Shown here one piece after another: positions 36,564 through 46,825 of a stretch of DNA of 59,501 nucleotides. The stretch's first letter is position 1. The number at the start of each line of letters is the position of its first letter. The translations under genes and the position numbers were made by a program. Origin of the DNA: a virus (taxonomy: Duplodnaviria; Caudoviricetes); IMG/VR virus record IMGVR_UViG_3300025889_000128, positions 1 through 59,501 of that record; one strand, written 5' to 3'. Under the pieces are notes generated by a model. The model was not told the origin of the DNA, did not search any database, and worked only from the letters and a program-made list of their open reading frames with translations.

Positions 36564-38249
36564 ATGAGTGAAGAACTATACTTCAACCAACTTGTTACAA
36601 AGTCTTTGCACGCGATGCATGGTAACGATAGATTCTTTGAGGGTTATCTTACCGTAGAGGTGAAAGACAAGCAAGGTGAGATTACAGTTGTTGACGAACT
36701 CATAAAAGTACTACCTATATGGATAGACAGAGGTGCACCAATTACCGATACACACAGTAATCGAGTAATAGGCAAAGGTATCAACTACCAGAGAACTATC
36801 TACAAAGGAGTCAATGGGGAAGAATACCCTGCAATCAAAATCATAGGCAAAATTCACAGTGACTATGAATTGGATAATGAAATTTGGAAAAGAATAACAA
36901 GTGGAGAGTATAAGGGACTTTCATTTGGTGGAGCTACAAAAGCCAGTAGAGAGCCAATAGTTATGAAAGACGGAAGTATGGCTTATAGATTAAAAGACCT
37001 TGAGCATTACGAAGTCGCAGTTTGCAAAGATCCTGCAGTACCTTTGGCATTAATTACTGATTTTAATCCTATTGCAAAAGCCATGACAGATGATTATACT
37101 ATGCACTCTGAGGGTAAAATGCTCATTAGATGTGGTAAATTTGGTTGTATGGTTGAAAAAGCAGATTCAGATACTAAATTACAAGGAACAAGAGAAATAG
37201 GTTCAGATCCAGAGGCACAACATAAAGAATCAGAACAAGTAACTGAAAAAGAAAATAGTCAATTAGAAATGGGAACTAAAGTAGAGATGGAACATACTGA
37301 TGATAAAGAAGAAGCAAAGAAAATTGCCATGGATCATTTGAAAGAAGATCCAAATTATTATACTAAATTAGGTGAAGCCATGCCAAAAGAAAAGAAAATT
37401 ATGAAAGAAAAAGCAGATAAAGATGATGATAAAGAAGATAAAAAAGATGATGATAAAAAAGATGATGATAAAAAAGAACATGTAGACCTAGGAGATCATA
37501 AGAAATATCCAAAATGGAGTGATAAACAAGAAGCTTTAGAAGCACAAGGTCATAGTGAAGAATCAGCAAAGAAAATAATCGGTGCTGCATTAAAATCAGA
37601 GCAAAAAGCAATAGATTCATATAAAAATGCCACAATATTTATAAATACACTTATTAAAGATTTAACTAATAACATGGTCGAGAAAGACGAATCCAAAGAA
37701 TCCAAATCTCACGAAGAAGAGGAAACTGAAGATGAAGACAAATCCAAAGAAAGCAAAGTCGAAAAAGCCAACACTGATTTTAGAGAAGCTATCAAATCAA
37801 ACTTTGAAGCTATGACCGAAGTCATTCAATCACTCGCTGAAACACAAAAAAGCGTTTCAGAGACACTCAAAAGTGTTGACGATAGACTCAAAGCATTAGA
37901 GACTCCAACTGACCTACCTTTGAAACCAGCTACAACTGATTCCGAAGATATTGGTGCAGATGTTAAAGTCCCTGCTGAGCCTTATGTATCCAACTCAGAA
38001 CAAGCTAGCCTTGATGCTGATGGTGCAGGTCATGAGAAAGATGAGGGCAAATTGACAATGCAAGAGAAAACCTTTACAACTTCAACTCCAAGACCAAATG
38101 CACCTGTTGAAACTATCAACAAGTCATTTTCACAAGATTATAACCTTGTATTGAAAGATGCAAGAGAATCTGGTGACTTGAGCCAAGTAGCAAAGAACAT
38201 TCTCATTGGAAAATATACTCCCGACATTAAAAGCGAGGAATGGTATTAG
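36564..38249 (+). CDS. Prohead protease fused to a DUF5661-like domain and scaffold
   Basis: FEGY...DKQGE, DTH, YKGLSFGG and EVAVCKDPA (HK97-type protease); LEMGTKVEMEHT...IAMDHLKEDPNYYTKL; charged/coiled C-terminus directly before the MCP. Confidence 0.85.
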   Translation: MSEELYFNQLVTKSLHAMHGNDRFFEGYLTVEVKDKQGEITVVDELIKVLPIWIDRGAPITDTHSNRVIGKGINYQRTIYKGVNGEEYPAIKIIGKIHSDYELDNEIWKRITSGEYKGLSFGGATKASREPIVMKDGSMAYRLKDLEHYEVAVCKDPAVPLALITDFNPIAKAMTDDYTMHSEGKMLIRCGKFGCMVEKADSDTKLQGTREIGSDPEAQHKESEQVTEKENSQLEMGTKVEMEHTDDKEEAKKIAMDHLKEDPNYYTKLGEAMPKEKKIMKEKADKDDDKEDKKDDDKKDDDKKEHVDLGDHKKYPKWSDKQEALEAQGHSEESAKKIIGAALKSEQKAIDSYKNATIFINTLIKDLTNNMVEKDESKESKSHEEEETEDEDKSKESKVEKANTDFREAIKSNFEAMTEVIQSLAETQKSVSETLKSVDDRLKALETPTDLPLKPATTDSEDIGADVKVPAEPYVSNSEQASLDADGAGHEKDEGKLTMQEKTFTTSTPRPNAPVETINKSFSQDYNLVLKDARESGDLSQVAKNILIGKYTPDIKSEEWY

Positions 38250-39464
38250 ATGGTTCAAATCAGAACAATAGATGAGCTCGAAGCACTCTATTATGGTTTC
38301 AACAGAAATCTCATTCAAAAAGCTGATGCACCTATCACAACTGCCACAAGTGGTACTTTTAACGCCATTTTTGGTGCTTATGCATGGGCTCAACTTAACT
38401 TGGAAGCAAACGCTTTTGGTATTCTTCCAAAGTATCCATGGGATAAATCTGGTTGGCGTGTCATAACAGCTAGAGCAGCAGGTCTTGCTGATGCAGGTTC
38501 AAACAATAACACCTCTCTTGGTGGAACTGCCGAGGGTGGACTTATTGCTGATACCGTAAAACCAACTCTCCAAGAATTAGATGTAAAACCAAAGACAGCA
38601 CAACTGCCTTTCAGTGCATCTGAAGTTATGGAATGGTTGGCAAGCCACAGTAAAGACGACATTTGGGGTGGACTTGGTTCACTTCGTTTGTTTATGGCAG
38701 TACAACATAAAGAAAACATCAATAAAATGCTTCTTGCCGATGTTGAGACACAAGCTAGTGGAGCTAGTGCTGATTTCGCAGGTTCATTAGACTTTGAATC
38801 CTTAGACAGAATTGTCTCAAGTGATGCAGAAGAAGATGCACTAGGTGGATCATACAACAATTATTATGATTGTTGGAATAAGATCGACAGAGATTCAGGC
38901 ACAGATTTCGACTCTACAGTTGAATCAGCTAGTGGTACTATCGGTACTGATGGTGTCCTTACTGACGATACCTTGAGAACTTTCCTAAGAAAGATCAGAA
39001 AGGCAGCAGGTAAAGATCCAAATGTATTCCTCGGTTCTCACGAAGTATATTCCGAAATTCAAGGCTTATACATGCCATCTGTAAGAATTGCAAATCCTTA
39101 CGGTGAAGCACTCGTACAAGTTGATGTTAACGGAATTTCAACATTCAAGGGAACTGGTGTTGGTATTCATGTAGACTCAATTTATGGAATCCCATTCATT
39201 CCAACTAAAGATGCACCATCTGGTGGTGGAAATGAAGTTGGTAGACTATTTGCATTAGATACTTCTGATGCAGAGGGTTATGGTTATCCAAGAATTGGTA
39301 TACAAATCGCAATCCCAACAGAGTATTACGAAGCAACTCGTAGAACACCTGCATATCCATTTGTCAACAATGCATTTGTTGAGAAAGGTGTGTTCAGAAC
39401 TATGGGTGAAACAGTTTGTCGTCACTTCAAAGCACAAGGAAAAATCAGAGACATTAAACTCTAA
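38250..39464 (+). CDS. Major capsid protein (HK97 fold)
   Basis: 404 aa directly after the protease/scaffold; SD-like GAGG upstream; AEGG, FESLDRIV and IYGIPFIP features. Confidence 0.85.
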   Translation: MVQIRTIDELEALYYGFNRNLIQKADAPITTATSGTFNAIFGAYAWAQLNLEANAFGILPKYPWDKSGWRVITARAAGLADAGSNNNTSLGGTAEGGLIADTVKPTLQELDVKPKTAQLPFSASEVMEWLASHSKDDIWGGLGSLRLFMAVQHKENINKMLLADVETQASGASADFAGSLDFESLDRIVSSDAEEDALGGSYNNYYDCWNKIDRDSGTDFDSTVESASGTIGTDGVLTDDTLRTFLRKIRKAAGKDPNVFLGSHEVYSEIQGLYMPSVRIANPYGEALVQVDVNGISTFKGTGVGIHVDSIYGIPFIPTKDAPSGGGNEVGRLFALDTSDAEGYGYPRIGIQIAIPTEYYEATRRTPAYPFVNNAFVEKGVFRTMGETVCRHFKAQGKIRDIKL

Positions 39465-39530
39465 AATTTTTCTATCCCCCTTATTTTCTTTTTTTATACG
39501 TTTAAATATAGGTACATTATACACAAATAC

Positions 39531-39737
39531 ATGGGATTTATTTGTAAAAACTATTGTGAGAGAATTGAAATCAAAGTATTTGCTGCAAATGCTTATGATG
39601 GTAATTGCTACTGTACTAGATGTTCAGTATGGTTAAAACTATCTGATTTGGAAGGATTAAAATGTCCTTGTTGTAAACAAAGAGCAAGACAGAAAAAAAG
39701 ATACCTTAGATCAAAAGAAATTAAACGTATTGATTAA
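39531..39737 (+). CDS. Cys-rich zinc-binding protein
   Basis: CKNYC...YCTRC...CPCC..RAR; TATA at 39501-39508. Confidence 0.75.
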   Translation: MGFICKNYCERIEIKVFAANAYDGNCYCTRCSVWLKLSDLEGLKCPCCKQRARQKKRYLRSKEIKRID

Positions 39738-39820
39738 CATCGATGATTAACATAGTGTTTTCTTTATATACTGTTTGTGCCTGATTAAAATTTATATGTA
39801 TATTTGTGGAATTATTACTA

Positions 39821-40384
39821 ATGGCACAGATTCCTGCCTTAATTCCAAAAGAAGTTGAAATACAACGACTAAAGAAAATTTGGTTGATTGTAATTGCTAT
39901 GGGATCAGTAGCAGCATCAGTTGAAGTAGATAACTTCGTTGATGGTTCACTTCATCAAACATCAATCAGGGATTCTGCATTTACTCCTGCACACTGGTGG
40001 CTTTATAGTCACTTTGTCGCTTTACCTTTAGGGTGGGGTGCAGTTGCAATCTATGATAGGAAAGTCCCTATTCTTAGAGGAGTAAACAACTCAATGAACA
40101 CAGGATTAAAAATGACCATTCTTGGTTATTTGGCTACTATGTTTACCATTGGTGTAAACGAGATGTGGCACTTCTGGTTTGTTGAAGAAATATTTGCAGT
40201 ACCTAATCACTGGATGTTTAACATGGGAGTTGTAGTAGCTTTTATGGGTGCACTAGCTTATGTCGTAAGAGTATATGCTAGATTGGTTGAACTAGGTGCA
40301 GAAACACCAAGTGATAACCCATACGTTGCAGAAATGTATAAGATGGCACTTGAGGGAAAGCTATACAGCAGATCAATCCCATAA
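39821..40384 (+). CDS. amoC: Ammonia monooxygenase subunit C (viral auxiliary gene)
   Basis: MAQIPALIPKEVEIQRLKKIW...VDGSLHQTSIRDSAFTPAHWW...VNEMWHFWFVEEIFAVPNHW matches archaeal AmoC. ATG at 39821 is 22 nt after TATA 39791-39798. Confidence 0.97.
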   Translation: MAQIPALIPKEVEIQRLKKIWLIVIAMGSVAASVEVDNFVDGSLHQTSIRDSAFTPAHWWLYSHFVALPLGWGAVAIYDRKVPILRGVNNSMNTGLKMTILGYLATMFTIGVNEMWHFWFVEEIFAVPNHWMFNMGVVVAFMGALAYVVRVYARLVELGAETPSDNPYVAEMYKMALEGKLYSRSIP

Positions 40385-40563
40385 AATCTTTTTTTATACT
40401 TGTTTACCTAATTTAATACAGAATGGATTCTGACAAAAATATATTGGTTGTCCATCTGTTGATTTCGTTGTATATGCTATCATATAACAATCTTCACAAA
40501 GTTTAGTAGGAATTTTTAAGTTAAGCACAATATACTTATATACTAGTCAATTATATAAAATTT

Positions 40564-40920
40564 ATGGCTATCACCACATCTGTAAGTGATTGGACAGCAG
40601 CTAACGTTTCAAAGACTTTGAGCGTACAATCTGCTTTGACATCTAAATTAAGATGTTACAAAATCAAATGCACAGCAGGGGGAAGCGATACTTATTCTAC
40701 AGGTGGCGTTACTGCTAACCTGAAAGAGGGAAGAATCAATACCCTAGTAGCAGTTATTCCAGAGACTTCAAGTCTTGACTATATCGTTAAATACGATAAA
40801 ACCAATGGAAAAATCAAACTACTCGCTTCACCAAATACTTCTGGAAATCCTTTCGATGAAGTAGCAGATGAAACTTCTATCGCAAGTGCAACATTTGAGT
40901 TCCTAGTATTCGGCTACTAG
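40564..40920 (+). CDS. Putative virion structural protein
   Basis: Ser/Thr-rich beta protein between MCP and the neck genes. Confidence 0.55.
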   Translation: MAITTSVSDWTAANVSKTLSVQSALTSKLRCYKIKCTAGGSDTYSTGGVTANLKEGRINTLVAVIPETSSLDYIVKYDKTNGKIKLLASPNTSGNPFDEVADETSIASATFEFLVFGY

Positions 40921-40980
40921 AGTCCAAAAAAGCCTTTCTTTTTTCTTAAACTTTATATATTCCTAATTATAACCTAATTC

Positions 40981-41253
40981 ATGGTAGAAGATAACCATAA
41001 TATTAAGAATATAGACGGAGCAGATACTTTAGTTAAGGCTACTCATGGTGTAGTCACAGCAGTTCACATAATGCATGATGCTACCACAGGCACACTTGTA
41101 TTCAGAAACGGTACAACTATAGCAGCACCTATTGAATTTACAATTCATACTGAAAACCCACAAGCATATCTTGAACTTAATAGAAGATTTGAAAACGGTA
41201 TTTATGTAGAATGTGCCAATTCAAATGTCAGAGCACTCGTAGTTTACAAGTAA
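40981..41253 (+). CDS. Putative virion structural protein
   Basis: Small beta protein ending in RFENGIYV; position in the module. Confidence 0.5.
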   Translation: MVEDNHNIKNIDGADTLVKATHGVVTAVHIMHDATTGTLVFRNGTTIAAPIEFTIHTENPQAYLELNRRFENGIYVECANSNVRALVVYK

Positions 41254-41286
41254 TAAATTTAAATACTTAGAATAACTTTATAAGTT

Positions 41287-41922
41287 ATGGCAACAACTTA
41301 CTGTTCAGTAGCAGATATATCTGATTATTTAAGAGTACCTATTACTGCTACTACTAGCCCAAATAAAACTCAAGTTGAGAAAATTATTAATAGAAAAGAG
41401 GGTGAGTTTGAGAGAAGAACTGGTCATGCATGGAGAACAAAAGTTTCAAAACAAGAAATTTACGATTTACCTTTACAATATATCTATGGGTGGGGTGTTC
41501 CAATAAATCTTAAACATAGAAATTGTTTTTACTTTGATTCAGATGAGGGAGATAAAATAGAAATTTGGCAAGGTTCTAATTCTGTTTGGCAAGACATTAC
41601 AACTAACACAGGTTCTTATGATTTTGATCCTAACCTTGGTAAATTATTTTTAAGAGGTTATTTGTTTTCTATATTAAGACAACATAGATTAAGAGTCACA
41701 TATAGATATGGTGGAGAACAATATGGTGGAGACACTGTAATACCAGATGATATTAAAGATGCAATAATCAAAATGACATGTATTGAATTAATGAATACAA
41801 TGTTTAGAATGGACGAAGTTCCAACTGGTGGTATGGTAGACATAGGTTCTGTAAAAAGAGATTGGCAAGAAGATATTGAAACTTGCATCGAAAACAGAAG
41901 AGAAGTATTTGTAATACCTTGA
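41287..41922 (+). CDS. Head-tail adaptor (gp6/gp15-like)
   Basis: TYCSVADI..YL, ERRTG..W, RVTYRYG...IPDDIKDAI. Confidence 0.75.
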   Translation: MATTYCSVADISDYLRVPITATTSPNKTQVEKIINRKEGEFERRTGHAWRTKVSKQEIYDLPLQYIYGWGVPINLKHRNCFYFDSDEGDKIEIWQGSNSVWQDITTNTGSYDFDPNLGKLFLRGYLFSILRQHRLRVTYRYGGEQYGGDTVIPDDIKDAIIKMTCIELMNTMFRMDEVPTGGMVDIGSVKRDWQEDIETCIENRREVFVIP

Positions 41923-41928
41923 TTAAAA

Positions 41929-42585
41929 ATGGTATCTATTCGTAGAATTTTTTCAGGTATAAAAGCAAAAATATACGAAGCAGCAGGTAAAAAAGCAGGT
42001 ATAAATGTTAAGATTCGTGAAAAAGAAAATGGAGAATATGTAGCTACAGTTAATATGAAAAAAGGTATTGATGCTTTACCAACAACAATGACAAATCCAG
42101 ATACAGTAATAAATTTGTATAGATTACAAAAACAAGAAGAACAATATTATGAACCACCTGATAAAGTAGTTAAGGGTGAATCTGTTGATGAACAGTATGA
42201 AGATTTACCAGATTATTATCAAGATGCTATATTACCTGCAAAAGTAAAACCAAATATCACAGCAATAAAAGAATGGGTAATAAAGGTTAAACTTAACAAT
42301 TTAAATAATAGAGATGTTTTATTAGAATTATACGGTGAAAGTTTTACACAGGAAGACGTAGCAAAAGATAACTCAAAAAAAATAGACCATTTGGTTGATT
42401 CAATAGCCTATAAAATATCAAGAAAAATATGGTATGTAGGAAGAAGACCATCTAGTATGACAGATTATCAATGGGATAGGGAAACTAGACATCTTAGACC
42501 TGCTGAGGGTACTTATGGTAAATTTGATGAGTGGAAAACATTTAAGTATGATACGAACTATGAATATACATCGGGTGTGTTTTGA
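41929..42585 (+). CDS. Putative neck/tail-completion protein
   Basis: PNITAIKEWV...IAYKISRKI...G; positional. Confidence 0.45.
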   Translation: MVSIRRIFSGIKAKIYEAAGKKAGINVKIREKENGEYVATVNMKKGIDALPTTMTNPDTVINLYRLQKQEEQYYEPPDKVVKGESVDEQYEDLPDYYQDAILPAKVKPNITAIKEWVIKVKLNNLNNRDVLLELYGESFTQEDVAKDNSKKIDHLVDSIAYKISRKIWYVGRRPSSMTDYQWDRETRHLRPAEGTYGKFDEWKTFKYDTNYEYTSGVF

Positions 42586-42996
42586 ATGACTTTAGCCTAT
42601 ACTATGACAGAGACAATAAAAGACCTAATTAATAATAATTGGACTTCTGGTGCTAATCCAGAAATCTCAGCAGTATGGACTAGAAGAAGTGTAGGTTTTA
42701 TAGATGATAGAAGAGATCAGATTATAATAACTCCTAAGATAGAGAATATACAATATTATAGTCTATACGGTAGAGACCACCTACATGAGATAACTCTTGA
42801 TTTAGATATAAGAACCTATCAGAATATGGAAAGACATTCTGACATAATTGATGAGGTATTAAGAATAATTAAGGCTAATATAAGAGGTACAAATTACATA
42901 GATTTACAGGTGTTAAACACGTTATCAAGAAATGAAAGGGTAAGAAATATGTTCAATCAAATCATAACTATCTCTCTAAGAGTACTCAATCCTTAA
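42586..42996 (+). CDS. Putative tail terminator
   Basis: 136 aa directly upstream of the tail tube gene; LDLDIRT...EVLRII. Confidence 0.55.
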   Translation: MTLAYTMTETIKDLINNNWTSGANPEISAVWTRRSVGFIDDRRDQIIITPKIENIQYYSLYGRDHLHEITLDLDIRTYQNMERHSDIIDEVLRIIKANIRGTNYIDLQVLNTLSRNERVRNMFNQIITISLRVLNP

Positions 42997-43027
42997 AATT
43001 TAAATACTAATATGGACTTTTAAAGGT

Positions 43028-44050
43028 ATGGCAGGTATTATAACTGGTGCAAGTGTTTATGTCCATTACGGTGTAGAGGGTAATACTTTTGGTGCAGGTG
43101 CAACAGTAGATAGAGCATTTGGTGCTAAAACTACCATTAGTTCACTTACATTAACAAACAATAGAATCGATCTTGCAAAACTAGGTCAAATTGAAATTAA
43201 CGATTACGCTTATGGTGTTCAAAACGGTACAATAGGAATTAACTTTGTATTAGCAGATACAGTTACTTCAGGTGGAACAGAATCATCTGGTGAAATTTTT
43301 GAGTTTATTTATGGTACTCCATCAGTAGGTGGGGTTTATCCATCTGGTGGAATTGGTGTAGGTAATGCACCTGTAACATCTCCAAGGGCAACATTTAACG
43401 TAGGTATCAATACTCCAGATTGGGGAATTGATGGTACAGCATACAAAGTTAGAGTATTAAGAGGTTGTGTTCTAAATAACTTTTCAATCAGCACTTCTAT
43501 TGGAGAAACAGTAAACTGTTCAGCAGATTTTAATTATGGTTTAGAATCAAAGAATACATCAATTTCTTATTCAGAGCCAACAATTACAACTGGTACTCCA
43601 TATACATTTGCACATGCAATATTAAAAACAAAATTAAAGGATGGTTCATTAGCTACTGTTGAATTAGTACAAGATTGTGAAATCTCATACGCATTAAACA
43701 ATGAACTATTATTCTCATTAGGTTCTAATCAATCAGTAAACTCATTCAGAAAGATTTTAGATATTACTGGAAGATTCAAAGTAGCATTTTCAGATTGGAA
43801 ATACTTTGAAAGAGTCTTGGCACAAATCGGAATTGGTGATAATGGTGCATACGAACAAAACATCTCAACAGCAAGTGAGGGAACTGTTGAATTAGAGTTA
43901 ACATTCACAAATGGTGCTAAATCAATTAAATTAGAATTAGCAGGTGTATCAATATCTGATCTTGCAATTTCAGGTCTTGAGCCAGTAGAACCAGTATACC
44001 AAGAAATTGCTTTCAAAGCAAAAACATCACAAGTAACAGTTACCACATAA
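43028..44050 (+). CDS. Major tail tube protein
   Basis: YGVE..FG, LRGCVLNNFSIS, DITGRF; sits before the chaperone and tape measure genes. Confidence 0.75.
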   Translation: MAGIITGASVYVHYGVEGNTFGAGATVDRAFGAKTTISSLTLTNNRIDLAKLGQIEINDYAYGVQNGTIGINFVLADTVTSGGTESSGEIFEFIYGTPSVGGVYPSGGIGVGNAPVTSPRATFNVGINTPDWGIDGTAYKVRVLRGCVLNNFSISTSIGETVNCSADFNYGLESKNTSISYSEPTITTGTPYTFAHAILKTKLKDGSLATVELVQDCEISYALNNELLFSLGSNQSVNSFRKILDITGRFKVAFSDWKYFERVLAQIGIGDNGAYEQNISTASEGTVELELTFTNGAKSIKLELAGVSISDLAISGLEPVEPVYQEIAFKAKTSQVTVTT

Positions 44051-44081
44051 GGTTTATTAAACCCTTAACATTATTATCTAT

Positions 44082-44474
44082 ATGGTAATTAAATCATTTG
44101 AAATAGATTATAACGGTAACAAAGAAACAATAGAATATGAGGACGATTTACCATTTGGTGAGTTGGAAAGTATCATATCATCATGTATTGATATGACAAA
44201 CATGAATGATATTAAAGTGAAAATACCTCAATACAGAAAAGCAATATTTCTTAAATCATTAAGAAAAGCACCATTCAAAGTAAATGATTCAAGTGAAATG
44301 AATACATTACCAAACTCAGTTGTTGAGCAAGTTCTCAAAGGTTTAATGACATCATTCCCTTTAGGACTATTTTTGGAAAATTGGGTGAAGACAATAACAG
44401 GAGATATAGATCCCAATCTGCTAGAATCTACTACTTTTGTGCAAGAGAGTTCGGTTGGGACAAAGACACAGTAG
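44082..44474 (+). CDS. Tail assembly chaperone (G-like)
   Basis: Between the tail tube and TMP; contains an in-frame slippery heptamer. Confidence 0.7.
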   Translation: MVIKSFEIDYNGNKETIEYEDDLPFGELESIISSCIDMTNMNDIKVKIPQYRKAIFLKSLRKAPFKVNDSSEMNTLPNSVVEQVLKGLMTSFPLGLFLENWVKTITGDIDPNLLESTTFVQESSVGTKTQ

Positions 44475-44569
44475 ATAAACAATCTCTTCATTACTTAATA
44501 ATGATAATAGATGAGCATAACAAAGCTATGCGTGAGGAAGAGAACGAAATGAAAAAACTTAAAAGGTAA
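44357..44569 (+). CDS. -1 frameshift extension (T-like) of the tail chaperone
   Basis: C CCT TTA at 44357-44363; the -1 frame stays open to TAA 44569 and encodes YYFCAREFGWDKDTVDKQ. Confidence 0.65.
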   Translation, partial: PFRTIFGKLGEDNNRRYRSQSARIYYFCAREFGWDKDTVDKQSLHYLIMIIDEHNKAMREEENEMKKLKR

Positions 44570-44587
44570 ACACTCATATAAAAATTT

Positions 44588-46825
44588 ATGTCTCAGAATG
44601 GAAACTTTGGTAAACAACCTAATGAAACAGATATAGATCAGTTAACCAGAGTTATAGAGGAGTTAAATGAAGCTTTTAAACGTGTAAATAAGATAACAGA
44701 TGAATTATCACAAACAACATTAAGAGAATTAACTGTTAGGGCTACAAGATTAATAGAATTAGAAAAGAAAAAAGAGGCAGCATTACAAAAAACTAATGAT
44801 ACTTTGGCTATAGTAGCAAGAAGAGAATTATCAAGATTAAATGTAATGGATAAAGAAGCCAAAAACTTAGCAATAGAAAGAAAAGAAAGAAATGCTGCTG
44901 CTCAAGAAAGATTCAGAGAGAAACAAGAATTACAAAGACAACATGCAGAAGATGTCCGTTCACACATTCTACTTAGAAAACAGATGAAAAACTCAAATGA
45001 TGCATTAAAATTCTTTACAACTTCGTTATCAAAAGGATTAAGTATAAGTGCAGCAGGTGGAATGGGATTAGGAAAACTTGTATCTGCATATACTAGAGCA
45101 TCAAATCTTAAAGAATCAAACAAAGAGATTGATAAAATATCTGACCAAATTGAAAAATTACAGAATCAAATAAACAATAATCCAAATGATCCAAACGTAG
45201 GACAATGGAGAAAAGATTTACTAATGGGACAAAAAAAATTAGATTCTGAAATAAGTAGAAAGTTAGGATATGAACAAGGAGAGGGTGCAGATACATCAAA
45301 ATTATTAGGTACAAAAGGAATGTCGGCACTTGAAGCAATAGGTGACTTTGGTAGAAAACATGCTAAAGGTATACTAATAGGTGCAGCAGGTGCAGGTATA
45401 TTAATCAGTATCATAAAGAAAGCGATGGACGTATCACCTGTATTCCAATCAATGAAGAAATTAATGGAGTTTGGATTCATGTTAATACTTAGACCTATAG
45501 GAGATTTCTTTGGATTTGTAATGAGACCAGTTATGATTATGTTACTTAGAAAATTCATTATACCATTTTATCAATATTTATATCCAAAATTAATGAAAAT
45601 AGGTACTGCTCTAGGTGGAGAAATAGCTGACAGAATTGAAAAACTTTCCAAAGGAGATTTATTAGGTGCTATATTTGGTTGGAAAGAGGGTGAACCAATT
45701 TTAGCAAATGTTACTTCAGCATTTACAAGTCTTGCAGTTTTGGTAGGTACAGGTGGTACTGTAGCTTTAGCATTATTAGCATTTCAGAAAATTTTAAAAA
45801 CAGGAACATCTTTAATAGCAAAGATACTTGGGTTACCAGATCCATACGCAAAACAACAAGAACCACCAACTAATCAAAATCCACGAAATACTCAAAATCC
45901 ACCAAATACTCAAGAACCACCAACTAATAAAAATCCTACGCCAACTAATACAAATAATCCACCTAATAAAAACGTTATGCCTAGCAGTGGTACTTCAAAA
46001 AGTTCACCAATTAACAATACATCAGCGTATGCAAAAACATTACTAAATAAATCTCCGATAAAACCACCAGTTACAACAGGTGGTTTTGTAAGTACAGGTT
46101 CATCTACAACTCAAGGTGGAGTGTTTATGGGTACAGGAACTACGTCAACAAGTAATAAAACATTGGTAACTGGTAAATACAGTTTAAATTCAGTAATAAA
46201 AAATGCTCAGAAATATGTTGAAAGATTTTTAGAAAGTGCAAAGAAAGCAAAGAAACCTATTGCAGATGTTGTTAATAGTTTAAAAGGTTACATTAAAGGA
46301 AATGTTAGTTTAAAGGGTGCTATAGGTGGAAGTGGAGAGGGATTAGCATTTATGTTAGCACCATTTTTAGACTATGTTCCATACATGCCTGAACTAAAGC
46401 AATATGTTGGAGAAATTATGAGTCCTTTGAGAATGAGTAAAGAACAAGGTCAACTTATAGATAAAGCAATAGGTACTCCATTTGCAAGTGCAGTTGATGC
46501 ATTTCAACAATATAATCCAATCAATTATCTATTTGATATATTAAAAGGTAAACCATTAGGAACTCACTCAGGTATATCAACTAATGCGGTTGGTGGAATT
46601 ATTACAGAACCAGTAATGGGTATAGGTAAATCAGGTAAAAGATATTTAATGGGTGAAGCAGGTAACGAATACATAGTTCCAGCTAATAGAATGAACAACA
46701 TGAATGGTGGAGTTACGGTGAATATTAATATATCAAACATGAGTGGTAGTATGCAAGATGTTAATAGATTGCGAGATGTTATACTTAGAGTTATGCAAGA
46801 ATCTTCAAGTAAGATGGTGAGATAA
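44588..46825 (+). CDS. Tail tape measure protein
   Basis: Coiled-coil N-terminus, amphipathic/hydrophobic middle, C-terminal A.GGII...GEAGNEYIVP...VTVNINI motif. Confidence 0.85.
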   Translation: MSQNGNFGKQPNETDIDQLTRVIEELNEAFKRVNKITDELSQTTLRELTVRATRLIELEKKKEAALQKTNDTLAIVARRELSRLNVMDKEAKNLAIERKERNAAAQERFREKQELQRQHAEDVRSHILLRKQMKNSNDALKFFTTSLSKGLSISAAGGMGLGKLVSAYTRASNLKESNKEIDKISDQIEKLQNQINNNPNDPNVGQWRKDLLMGQKKLDSEISRKLGYEQGEGADTSKLLGTKGMSALEAIGDFGRKHAKGILIGAAGAGILISIIKKAMDVSPVFQSMKKLMEFGFMLILRPIGDFFGFVMRPVMIMLLRKFIIPFYQYLYPKLMKIGTALGGEIADRIEKLSKGDLLGAIFGWKEGEPILANVTSAFTSLAVLVGTGGTVALALLAFQKILKTGTSLIAKILGLPDPYAKQQEPPTNQNPRNTQNPPNTQEPPTNKNPTPTNTNNPPNKNVMPSSGTSKSSPINNTSAYAKTLLNKSPIKPPVTTGGFVSTGSSTTQGGVFMGTGTTSTSNKTLVTGKYSLNSVIKNAQKYVERFLESAKKAKKPIADVVNSLKGYIKGNVSLKGAIGGSGEGLAFMLAPFLDYVPYMPELKQYVGEIMSPLRMSKEQGQLIDKAIGTPFASAVDAFQQYNPINYLFDILKGKPLGTHSGISTNAVGGIITEPVMGIGKSGKRYLMGEAGNEYIVPANRMNNMNGGVTVNINISNMSGSMQDVNRLRDVILRVMQESSSKMVR
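45857..45970 (+). repeat. Pro/Asn/Thr low-complexity repeat within TMP
   Basis: caagaaccaccaactaat at 45857 and 45911. Confidence 0.75.

Noticed and set aside
39806-40384. Host chromosome or provirus boundary at amoC
   Set aside because: Virion genes continue on both sides, and there are no other host genes, integrase or att site.
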